NCBI GenBank assembly: GCA_963829655.1
Contig: CAWHJG010000002.1
Span: forward strand, 4,290,523 to 4,354,522
DNA from: Pirellulales bacterium
GTDB taxonomy: Bacteria > Planctomycetota > Planctomycetia > Pirellulales > JALHPA01
Direction: 5' to 3'
DNA: 64,000 nucleotides
Below the pieces are notes generated by a model. That model had not been told where the DNA came from and did not search any database. It was given only the letters and a program-made list of their open reading frames with translations. Shown here piece by piece: positions 24,201 to 32,685 of this stretch; within the stretch, counting starts at the first letter, position 1; each line of letters starts with the position of its first letter. A program made the translations under genes and the position numbers.

Positions 24201-26547
24201 TCATTCAATCTAATCCGCTACGGTTCGTTGCAATTCGCCACACCCGGAGTTCCGCCGCCGCTTAACCTGCCGTCGCTCACCGGCGATCTCTTATGGTCCT
24301 CAAACTTCGGACCACAAGCGCTGACCATCACCGTCGTCCCCGAGCCGAGCACGTGGATTCTCGCGGCGTTTGCGCTCGTCGGATTTCTGGCATCGAGCTG
24401 GTATGCAATACTCCGACGCAGGTCTCTCTGGTGTGGCCGCTCGGTGTCGCTGATTCTCATCGGGTTACCTAGCGTCCTTTCAATGGCAACCGCCGCAAAC
24501 GGCCAAACGCTGCGCGCAGGCAGTCGCTACCAGCGGACTAACCGTACCGTTGTATCTCACAGCGCCGCCGGGCGACATGAATCGTCTATTCATTGTCGAA
24601 AAGGGGCTTGCAGATCAATTTCAGAATGGAACTGGCACGATTCGCGTATTTGACCTGACAACGAACACGCTGCTGCCGACGCCGTACCTATCGATACCCG
24701 TTTCGGCCGAACGCGAACGCGGTCTCTTGGGAATGGCTTTCGACCCGAACTTCAGTATTAATGGTTGGTTCTACACATATCACACCCAATCTGGCGCTTC
24801 GAACGACCCGAACCGTGGCGATATCGTCGTGTCGCGATACACCGCCAATGGCAGCCCCTTGACGTCGAACAGTGCCAATGTGGCCAGCGCACAAACACTG
24901 TTGACTATTGAACACAGCTCGCATACCGATCACAACGGTGGTTGGATTGGTTTCCGCCCCAACGACAGCAACCGGCTTTACATTGCGACTGGCGACGCCG
25001 GTCTGAGCAATGATCAGTCGAACAATGCTCAGAATCCTAACGTGCTGCTCGGAAAAATGCTGCGAGTGGACGTGAGCGGACCGGGCGACTACACAATTCC
25101 CGCCGATAACGCCTCCGGTGGTTTGCCTGAGATTTACATGCTTGGCCTCCGCAATCCGTGGCGCAATAGCTTCGACCGACAGACAAGCGATTTCTATATT
25201 GCCGATGTTGGCGAAAGGAATTGGGAGGAAGTCAATTTTCAGGCCGGTGGTGGCACGACTGCACCTTCCGGCGGCGAAAACTACGGTTGGCGTGCGCGCG
25301 AGGGAAAACACGACAACGCCGCTGTTGACGACCTGCCCCCCGCCGGCGCAATCGACCCCATTTACGAATACAATCACAACGTTGGCGGGTCCATCACTGG
25401 TGGATATGTCTATCGTGGCAGCAAAGTCAATGGTCTTCAGGGTGACTACATCTTCGGCGATTACACGGACGGGCGATTCTGGACCGGTGAAGTTAGCGGC
25501 AACAGTTTGATCAATATCGTTGAACGGACGTCTCAGCTTGGCCCTAACGGCGGTGGCCAAACGTGGGCTGGACGGATTGCGTCGTTCGGCGAAGGCGCAA
25601 ACGGGGAACTCTACATCGTGGGGCTCAACGGCGCGGTGTATCGCATCATTCCCGAACCCGGGACTTGGGCTCTCGCGGCTTTGGCCCTCGTCGGTCTGAC
25701 ATTGGGGCTCCGCCGCAAGCGGCATACGCTACCCATCATGAATCGAACCACTGTCATTGCTCTCGCGCTTGCTTCAATCCTCGCCCTGACCAATGCCACG
25801 TCGCGCGCCGACCTCACCTTCGACCTCCGCGCCGTCTCCGGCTCTCAAATCATCATTCACGGCCCCAAATCCGTCGCCGTCAGCCACAACAGCGTCGGCG
25901 GCTGGATCGACTTTGAGCTGCATGCGCTCGTTACAGGGGACAATGCAATTTCGACCGATGATGGAATGCAGAACTTCATTGGTAGCATGTTGAGCACGCA
26001 CGCCGGGCGCGGTGCCGTCATCGGCAACATGATCAATGCCGGTGAAATCGCTCCAAGAGTTGGCCGCGGCGTCATTTCGCCTTTCGACGGTCGTGCCCAC
26101 CAGAACGGGACGATCCAGAACCTCGATGATGACCCCGAGCTTGAAATTGGCGGAACGAGCCACCTTGCCGAGTCCGGATTAATTGCTGCGCGGACCGGCA
26201 CTGGATCAGCTTGGTACCGCGGCACTGCGGAAGTAGCCGATTTTCCGCTCTATCGTTTTACACTACCAATCGAATCCGTCCCGGCCGATTCGCTGGCCGA
26301 CATGACTCGCGTGCATTTCCATATCCCATTTCACCCGGGTGCTTTCCTCTGGGCCCAGGATAGCCTGTCGTATTCGGCATCGACTTTCGCACAGCGTACC
26401 GGCGCGATGTTGGTCAACGAGGGTGTCCTCATCCACACCGCGCAAACCCCAGAGGAGCTCGCCGCCATACCCGAACCAGGCACGTGCCTACTCGCACTGC
26501 TTGGCGCGGTCAGTGCCGGCTGGTTTGCCAAACGTAGACGTTTTTAA
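19376..26547 (+). CDS. Five-module PEP-CTERM polyprotein (~2390 aa; frameshifts ~19837 and ~24515)
   Basis: ORFs 19376..19966, 19833..24653 and 24550..26547. PEP motifs at 21213, 22884, 24336, 25648, 26467; the first four are followed in frame by TM, basic cluster and a new signal peptide. SD GGAG before ATG. Confidence 0.85.
21291..22962 (+). other. Polyprotein module 2: pentapeptide-repeat PEP-CTERM protein (duplicate of module 1)
   Basis: Signal LALSLAALLLFSHTPSLRA-AIFRWDN nearly identical to module 1; IPEPSSFALTAVCALALCIIWRTKRK. Confidence 0.85.
22963..24425 (+). other. Polyprotein module 3: T5SS/PEP-CTERM-associated beta-strand repeat protein
   Basis: Repeats such as VVGPGSMWTV..LSIG..GHLTISNGGIVES and VEGSGSKW..LEIG..LFIRDGGHV; VPEPSTWILAAFALVGF..RRR. 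Confidence 0.8.
24426..25722 (+). other. Polyprotein module 4: PQQ-dependent sugar dehydrogenase-like (GSDH beta-propeller)
   Basis: RLFIVEKG, ERGLLGMAFDPNF, HNGGWIGF, LYIATGDAG, GLRNPWRNSFD, SITGGYVYRG, SFGEGANGELY; IPEPGTWALAAL..RRKR. Confidence 0.85.
25723..26547 (+). other. Polyprotein module 5: uncharacterised PEP-CTERM protein
   Basis: Signal MNRTTVIALALASILALTNATSRA-DLTFDL; terminal IPEPGTCLLALLGAVSAGWFAKRRRF-stop. Confidence 0.8.
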
Positions 26548-26637
26548 GTCACTGCCGCGCCCCCACACCTTGCCCAAGCTGGCCGCCATCGCCCGCATGC
26601 GTTGTGACTAACAGTGTGTTGACCGAATGGCGGCCAA

Positions 26638-26803
26638 TTAGAAGAAAAACCCGCAGACCCAAGCGATGACCAACCCCAGGATGATCGGCACGAAAATCTC
26701 GCGGAAGGAAATGACAAGGTAAATTGGGAGTTGCGCCCACTTCCCGAACCGCCACCACTGTGGCGTGTCGTCAGTGTCGGGCACTGTTCTGCTTCTCGTC
26801 CAT
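26638..26803 (-). CDS. Small membrane protein (~55 aa, one frameshift), leaderless
   Basis: Same GCTACAATACCCGCATG 17-mer as at 18791; C-terminal TM IFVPIILGLVIAWVCGFFF. Confidence 0.5.
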
Positions 26804-26918
26804 GCGGGTATTGTAGCCAATCGCGACGCCGCGATTTGCGCGCCTCGCTCAACTGCGGCTTATTTTGCTAAGCTAATTCGACGGACAATCGAAAACTTTG
26901 GCGAGTAAGGCGGAGGCG

Positions 26919-27437
26919 ATGCGATTCTCTGTTCGCTGGCTATTGATCTTCATTCTGGCAATTGCGGTTGGCGTGGTTGCTCTGTTGAACGCGAATGAGT
27001 ACTGGGCGGGGGCTGCACGAAGCACGCTCATTCTGCTTCTGTCTCTAGCAACTGCCATCGCCTCGTTATCGACAGGATCAAGACGAGCGTTTTGGATCGG
27101 TTTTGCTGTCTTCGGCTGGATTCAGTTCGCAAGCGTAGGGTTTGCCAAGAACCTAGAGCGCGAAACGACCAGCGGCTACCTGCTCACCGATCAAGGGATC
27201 GAATGGCTGCACTCAAAGCTTGTGCGGAATGTCGAAATCCTGGTGCCGATCTTTAATGCCGGGGTGCAAGTTCGGACACAGCCAGCAATCGTGCGGCGGC
27301 CGCACATCGATTACTTTAACGTCGTGGCCCGTTGTCTCCTTGTCGCATTTCTTGGAACCCTGGGCGGTTATGTTGCCACGTGGATTTTCGGGCGCAGTAA
27401 TCCGCTTGGGGCTACTCTTGCACCGCGGCAGTCATGA
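26919..27437 (+). CDS. Planctomycete-type membrane protein (MRFSVRWLL N-terminus)
   Basis: SD GGAGG; 4 TM segments; RRAFWIGFAVFGW motif. Confidence 0.75.
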   Translation: MRFSVRWLLIFILAIAVGVVALLNANEYWAGAARSTLILLLSLATAIASLSTGSRRAFWIGFAVFGWIQFASVGFAKNLERETTSGYLLTDQGIEWLHSKLVRNVEILVPIFNAGVQVRTQPAIVRRPHIDYFNVVARCLLVAFLGTLGGYVATWIFGRSNPLGATLAPRQS

Positions 27438-27604
27438 CTGCGGCGACACAATGGCTGCGAATTATTGGTCCATCATTTGAAAAAAGCGTCGAGATACGCG
27501 CTGGCGTCGGTCGATACGCGGGACGTTGGAGCCGAGAGGGCGGGCGAATGGTAATTGGCGGCAATAGCGACCGCAAGCACTATCCGCTTCCCTGCCGGCG
27601 TCTC

Positions 27605-28567
27605 TTATTTCCCTTTCTTAAGAAACTCAATGACCAACTCGCTACACCGCTCCGGCTGGTCCAGCCAAGGAAGATGACCCGCATCGCGCAGCACCTCACA
27701 ACGCGCATGCGGCGCCATGTTCGCCATTTCCTCACCAAGTGTCGGCGGTCCGAATTTATCCTCGTCTCCCCAGACAAACAGCGTCGCCGGCCGCAGCCCC
27801 TTCAGCTCAGGCCGCAGATGATACGTTCCTTGCTTATCCTGGATGAACCTTGCAATTAGCGTGTTCCAGCTTTCATCCGCACCCGGCAATCGCCTGGCGG
27901 CCATTGCAGCCTGCACGTATTCGTCCGGCACGCGGCGAACGTCGGCCACCTGCCGAGCGCCAATCGCCGCGCGGACGCCATCGATCGTTGGATTCTTTGT
28001 CGCTGGCGGTGGCGCATTCGTCATCTCGCGTGGGCTCCATGCGGGTTCGCCAAGCAGCACGAGTTTGGTCACACGCTCCGGCCTGGCCAGCGAGAACTGC
28101 ATCGACCACAGGCCACCCATCGACGCGCCGATCAGCGTTGCCTTCGGCAATTCCAGTCCGTCCAATACGCTGGTCACGAACTCGATGGCGTGTTCCCGAA
28201 TCACCGTATTGCGATAGTCACACTTGTCCGTAAGCCCACAGCCGGGGCGGTCTACCGCAAAGACGTGAAATTCCTTTTGGAGTGCGCCCAAAAGCGGAGC
28301 AAACTGGCAGGCAAAGCCTCCTCCGCCATGAAGCAATAACACCGGTTCGCCGCGCCCTGCCACCAGGACGTGTGCGGTCATGGCGGGCTGTTTGAGTTTC
28401 ACATACCGTGATTCAGCCTTCACGCCGTACTTCTTCAAAAGCGCCACTTGCGCTTTCTTAAAATCCTCTACCTCCGGACCAGGTGTCACCGGCGTGATCG
28501 GCTCTGCGCTGAGAGCACAGCGGCAGATCGCGAAAACCAGGGCGGTAAGGATCGTCGCGTGCTTCAC
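27605..28567 (-). CDS. Secreted alpha/beta hydrolase
   Basis: SD AGAGGA plus GTG 28567, signal peptide, LLHGGGG, GASMGG nucleophile elbow, WGDEDK, AGHLPW. Confidence 0.85.
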   Translation of the reverse strand: MKHATILTALVFAICRCALSAEPITPVTPGPEVEDFKKAQVALLKKYGVKAESRYVKLKQPAMTAHVLVAGRGEPVLLLHGGGGFACQFAPLLGALQKEFHVFAVDRPGCGLTDKCDYRNTVIREHAIEFVTSVLDGLELPKATLIGASMGGLWSMQFSLARPERVTKLVLLGEPAWSPREMTNAPPPATKNPTIDGVRAAIGARQVADVRRVPDEYVQAAMAARRLPGADESWNTLIARFIQDKQGTYHLRPELKGLRPATLFVWGDEDKFGPPTLGEEMANMAPHARCEVLRDAGHLPWLDQPERCSELVIEFLKKGK

Positions 28568-28588
28568 GATTCCTCTTGAAGCTGTGGC

Positions 28589-28675
28589 CCGCGGCTGAAT
28601 CGGCGGCAGGCTGTTCAGGCCAAAGTGCTCGACGAGCACCGCTTGCGAACTGCGAAGTGTGAATCGACCGCACAT
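28589..28675 (-). pseudogene. SRAP (SOS response-associated peptidase) N-terminal fragment
   Basis: MCGRFTL..HFGL...IQPR, broken just before the YNIAP motif; fused in frame to the hydrolase. Confidence 0.75.
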
Positions 28676-28688
28676 AAAAGCTGTTTTG

Positions 28689-28928
28689 CTAGAGTCGTGT
28701 TACTTGTCGCCAAAGCAAATTCAGGCTTCGCGCGATAATAGGGATGGCGGCGATCGCAAGAACGACCACGCCGACAACCTTTAGTCCTGGATTATCTTGC
28801 AAGCTGCCCGACACGCAAAAGAAAAACCCTAAAGCGCCGAGAAATGGCGAGTGTTGGCTGAGCCTAACTAGCATTTGAGGTGCCTCGGAATCGGCCTGGG
28901 CTGCTCTGTATGGATTCTCGTCCATCAT
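28689..28928 (-). CDS. Small membrane protein with MDENPY N-terminus
   Basis: NPY motif common in planctomycete small proteins; 2 TM segments. Confidence 0.6.
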   Translation of the reverse strand: MMDENPYRAAQADSEAPQMLVRLSQHSPFLGALGFFFCVSGSLQDNPGLKVVGVVVLAIAAIPIIARSLNLLWRQVTRL

Positions 28929-29035
28929 GGCAACTCGACTACTGGTACGGCTCTTTATCCGAATTAAACTAGACACACGGACGGGGAAGCGATTGATACG
29001 TGTGTCCATTTATGTTTTCGGGGCAGGAATTGAAA

Positions 29036-30118
29036 ATGAACAGCCATCGCCGTCCATTCTCCGCCATCGAACGACTTGAAGCGCGGGACTTAATGGCTGG
29101 AAACATCGTCGCCCAAAAAGTCGGCGATGATTTGATCATTACAGGTGACGATGCCGGGAATAATCTGGAAATCCAATTGATAGGAGACGATTTTTACGAG
29201 TTGCGCGGCAATCACAACGAGTCGGGATTGCCCGACACAACCATCAACGGGGCACTAGGGTGGGTCTTCGATGGCATATCTGGCAACATTGTAATCCGAC
29301 TTCAGGGCGGCAACGATGCGTTGTTTGTCGTGAATCAGAGCATGGTTGTGAAAAAGGCCCTTGTAATCGATATGGGCGCAGGGAGTGATGTAATTAACAC
29401 TACGTCGTCCCCATATCTTTCAATCGGAACGGAATTGTTGGTGAACCTAGGCGACGGCAGCGATTCGATCAATATGCGGAATGGCACCGTAGGGACGAGC
29501 GCAGTCATTGATGCCGGAGGAGGCAACGATCGGATTAGTTTGCTTTTTGTAGGCGTTGTTCAGGACCTAGTGATCCGTGGCGGAGACGATGGCGACGCCA
29601 TCAGTCTTCTTAGCTCCCGGGGCGACAGGTACGCACTAGTGGATGGACAGGGTGGAACCGATTTTCTGCACACCTCATTCTGTCTTTTTCGCCGAGATGT
29701 CGCGATTATCGGTGGACAAGGGGCAGACAACGTAGAAGTACAGGGCTGCTCCATCGAAGCTAGCCTGCTTGTGGATCACGGCACTGACTATGGCAAAACA
29801 GCTATTCTCAGAACTGCCGGTCACACGGTTTACATTTTGGGGGAAGGACAACAACTCGCGGAAATCTTTGAATCTAAAGTTGGCCGAGTTGAATTAGGCC
29901 TAAAGGGCGGTAACGACGCCGTTCAAATCTACGCGTCAATTCTTGATGAGATATACCTGGCGCTGGGTGCCGGTGACGATGGGGTGGAAGTGAGCTACAG
30001 CATAGTCAATACACGGGCCAGCGTTGCGGCCGGTGTCGGGAGCGATCGATTCGTCAATCGTCAAAACCAGTTTGCCTCTTTGCAAGCATTTGATTTTGAA
30101 TTAACAGAGATTCTTTGA
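29036..30118 (+). CDS. Planctomycete extracellular protein with Gly/Asp-rich beta-roll repeats
   Basis: IERLEARDLMAG export motif; repeated IxxGxGxD. Confidence 0.8.
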   Translation: MNSHRRPFSAIERLEARDLMAGNIVAQKVGDDLIITGDDAGNNLEIQLIGDDFYELRGNHNESGLPDTTINGALGWVFDGISGNIVIRLQGGNDALFVVNQSMVVKKALVIDMGAGSDVINTTSSPYLSIGTELLVNLGDGSDSINMRNGTVGTSAVIDAGGGNDRISLLFVGVVQDLVIRGGDDGDAISLLSSRGDRYALVDGQGGTDFLHTSFCLFRRDVAIIGGQGADNVEVQGCSIEASLLVDHGTDYGKTAILRTAGHTVYILGEGQQLAEIFESKVGRVELGLKGGNDAVQIYASILDEIYLALGAGDDGVEVSYSIVNTRASVAAGVGSDRFVNRQNQFASLQAFDFELTEIL

Positions 30119-30169
30119 TCGCGCTCGTCAGCGTGGTATCCATGAGCGCCTTCAGCCACTTGTGACACA

Positions 30170-30559
30170 ATGCCAGAGCGCAACGGCTATGACCTGGAGA
30201 TGATTCGCGACTTCCCGGAACAGTTGCTTTGGGAAGTGCGTGTTTATCACTTCGATAACACCAACACGAATCCGGACAACCCGGAGCTGGCTGAGCAGCT
30301 CAAGAAATACCACCGGAAGTACCATCGCACGCTCGTGCCCTTCATCAAGCTGGATACTGCCGGATTGAACAAGCAGCAAATTGACGAAGGCCGGCAGCGT
30401 CTGCGGTCGCGCGTTGCGGCACTACGTCAGCGTCAGCTTGACGCGCTCGAATCCTTGCAGCCGTTGTTCGAGTACGCGATGGTTGCGGCCCAGCAGCCAT
30501 CCTCCATCGATCATGCGCCCGTGGTCCCCGTCAGAGTCGATCAGATCGATCAGGATTAG
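30170..30559 (+). CDS. Hypothetical protein
   Basis: 129 aa ORF; decayed paralog at 52806. Confidence 0.6.
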   Translation: MPERNGYDLEMIRDFPEQLLWEVRVYHFDNTNTNPDNPELAEQLKKYHRKYHRTLVPFIKLDTAGLNKQQIDEGRQRLRSRVAALRQRQLDALESLQPLFEYAMVAAQQPSSIDHAPVVPVRVDQIDQD

Positions 30560-30894
30560 CGACGATCGAGGTATTCGGCCTTCCAAATCCAATCGGGCGT
30601 ACTTGCGATTTGTGCCTCAGGAAAGAGCCGACGAGCCTCTGCAGCGTCTGATACGTTTAGAAGCACGATGGACTCAACGCCATCCTCGCCGAAAAGCCAA
30701 AGCAAACCAGGCGCATAAAAGGCAGAGTCGAATCGGGTGATTGCAAAAGGGTCCGAGTCTAGCTTGCGCACAAACTCGCGCCGCTCGCGAATCCAATTCA
30801 CGCTGTAGGCTGCCCATATCGCGACCAACGTCACGAAGATGAAAAGTGAACGCAGACCAAAGCGGAAGCGGCGGCGACTCGGCTTATCGTCCAT
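30556..30894 (-). CDS. Small membrane protein (RRFRFGLRSL), paralog of 18438..18791
   Basis: Shared NWIRxRRxF, APxLxWxFGExG and RLFPEA motifs. Confidence 0.75.
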   Translation of the reverse strand: MDDKPSRRRFRFGLRSLFIFVTLVAIWAAYSVNWIRERREFVRKLDSDPFAITRFDSAFYAPGLLWLFGEDGVESIVLLNVSDAAEARRLFPEAQIASTPDWIWKAEYLDRR

Positions 30895-31227
30895 CTATTC
30901 CACTGCCTTCCATTCGCTATCCGCACTGACGCTTGGAGGCTTCAGCTCAACGATCGATGTGAAGTTGGCGGCAACGGGTAGGATGACGTCCTTTGTAGTC
31001 ACGATGAGCCAGTCATTGCTACCCGGTTCCAATCGGGCGTCAGCCAGAACTGTGGCGCGTCGGCCAAGTGCGCCGGTCCTTTCGTTCCTCACAATCGGAA
31101 GTTCATCATAGGGAACAAAGATCAGAGTCGCGCCGTTCTGGTTAGACGAAACGCGCACTGTCCCCTGGTCCCCGTTTTCATTGAGCACCGCTGGAAAGTT
31201 CGAAGTGGGGACGCGATAGGTAGCCAT
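30895..31227 (-). CDS. Hypothetical protein, leaderless
   Basis: TAGAAT-7 nt-ATG; its stop TAG abuts the next ATG. Confidence 0.5.
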   Translation of the reverse strand: MATYRVPTSNFPAVLNENGDQGTVRVSSNQNGATLIFVPYDELPIVRNERTGALGRRATVLADARLEPGSNDWLIVTTKDVILPVAANFTSIVELKPPSVSADSEWKAVE

Positions 31228-31322
31228 GTCGGCCATTCTAGCCGAACAAAATCCGCCGTTCGCTTCCTGGCGCAGCCTTTGCACAACGGCAGTGAGGGCT
31301 TGCAACTTACTTGGAGCATGCA

Positions 31323-31523
31323 ATGGCTAAGCGTAAGACAGCAAAGCGAGGAAGCGGCAAACGGGAGCGAATCAACACAGGCCGAGACGCGCGATTTGTG
31401 CGCCGCGACGGCGCTGGGCGATTCAACGAAAGCGACGACGTTGGCCGCTCACTGACCATTGACCGCCGCAAGAAGGCCAAGAAGAAGGTCCGTTCCGGTT
31501 ACGGCGACAAAGGCGACCGCTAG
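31323..31523 (+). CDS. Small basic conserved hypothetical protein
   Basis: FVRRDGAGRFNESDDVGRSL..DRR..AK....GYGDKGD; SD GGAG. Confidence 0.7.
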   Translation: MAKRKTAKRGSGKRERINTGRDARFVRRDGAGRFNESDDVGRSLTIDRRKKAKKKVRSGYGDKGDR

Positions 31524-32449
31524 CTGATAAGGTGCGCGTGCCGTAGTCCCGTCGCTTCCCAAGATGCAAACTTGATGAATACCCGGACTGCGGGCTTGAA
31601 CCATTGGCACGATTGAGTCTCGTCCTCAGTCCTGCCTTCGCCCCATGAGCTGTCTTTCGCCATGGGAATCGAATCGAAAAAGCGGCGCTTCGTGGCGAGC
31701 TTAGCAAGTCGAGCCGCCAAGGTTTCCCGTGCCTCTTTGACCAAACCGCCGCGTACTTTGCCGGCGTAATGGAAGCGTCTGCCCTCGAATTGGCCGACGA
31801 TGAGCGCCTCCATTTCACCGATCACACCGCCCACGAGGAACTCGTGCTGTTGACCAACGCGGAATTTCACCCAAGCGGGATTTCGCTTGCCTGCCGTGTA
31901 CTTCGAGTGGCGGCGCTTAGCCACGATGCCTTCCAATTGATGCTCTTGGACAGCGCGTAAGACAGCTTGTGCGTCGCCGTCGAGCGTCCTGGAAAAGTTC
32001 ACGTCGCTTCCGGACAGCAACTCGCTCAGCCGTTCGCGGCGCTCAACCAACTCCCGACTGACGAGTGATCGGCCGCCCAGCCGAAGCAAGTCAAAACCGA
32101 AGTACCGATAGACCGGCGTGCATCCACCAGAGCCGCGCATCAATCGAAATGATGGTTTGCCGTGGTGGTCTAGCGCAACCAGCTCCCCGTCCAGTACGGT
32201 TGAGCGGACCGGCAACTCGGAAATGTGCTGGGCCACCGAGGGAAAGCGTGCGGTTAAGTTGTGGCCGTTGCGTGAAAACAGGATCACGCGGCTGCCATCC
32301 TTTACCGCGATACATCGGTAGCCGTCCCACTTCACCTCGTACTGCCACTTGTCACCGACAGGCAACTGGCGGGCGGAAGAGAGCAGTATCGGAGGGATGA
32401 AGCCGGACAGACGAGTGACCACTTGCAGATTCCAAAATCGGTAGGACAA
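31520..32449 (-). CDS. ligD: ATP-dependent DNA ligase (LigD/LigC ligase domain)
   Basis: YEVKWDGYR, VLDGELVA, FDLL, LEGIVAKRRHSKY, WVKFR. Confidence 0.85.
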   Translation of the reverse strand: MSYRFWNLQVVTRLSGFIPPILLSSARQLPVGDKWQYEVKWDGYRCIAVKDGSRVILFSRNGHNLTARFPSVAQHISELPVRSTVLDGELVALDHHGKPSFRLMRGSGGCTPVYRYFGFDLLRLGGRSLVSRELVERRERLSELLSGSDVNFSRTLDGDAQAVLRAVQEHQLEGIVAKRRHSKYTAGKRNPAWVKFRVGQQHEFLVGGVIGEMEALIVGQFEGRRFHYAGKVRGGLVKEARETLAARLAKLATKRRFFDSIPMAKDSSWGEGRTEDETQSCQWFKPAVRVFIKFASWEATGLRHAHLIS

Positions 32450-32478
32450 GCGATAAGGATTGAATTATCGCAAGGTGG

Positions 32479-32685
32479 TCAAGGGGCGTCAGCTGATCCG
32501 TTCCGCACGCAACTCAATCGTCGCCAACGCTTTACCGTCCGCTTGAACTGGTCCAAGACAATCTCGGTCACTTCCTCCTTCGTGGCGTGCTCTGGCAGCC
32601 ACTGCTCGTTCGCGAACCGCTCTAACTGTTCGCGGATGTTGAGCGGGTCGGAGCCGATGCAGTGGGCGGTGAAACGGAAGGGCAT
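32479..32685 (-). CDS. Small hypothetical protein overlapping the tail of the HAF-repeat gene
   Basis: MPFRFTAHCIGSDPLNIREQLERFANEQW..; protein-like composition only. Confidence 0.35.
   Translation of the reverse strand: MPFRFTAHCIGSDPLNIREQLERFANEQWLPEHATKEEVTEIVLDQFKRTVKRWRRLSCVRNGSADAP

Noticed and set aside
27605-28675. Genuine SRAP-hydrolase fusion protein
   Set aside because: Only 29 SRAP residues remain, and the hydrolase has its own SD, GTG start and signal peptide.
29640-29662. TGGACAGGGTGGAA resembling the reverse complement of a tRNA-Phe 3' end
   Set aside because: Lies inside a coding region (VDGQGGTD) and lacks the TTCGA loop.
17900-31523. Integron cassette array
   Set aside because: Genes are in mixed orientation, I found no recurring attC-like RYYYAAC..GTTRRRY palindromes, and the integrase shows no obvious IntI-specific insertion.
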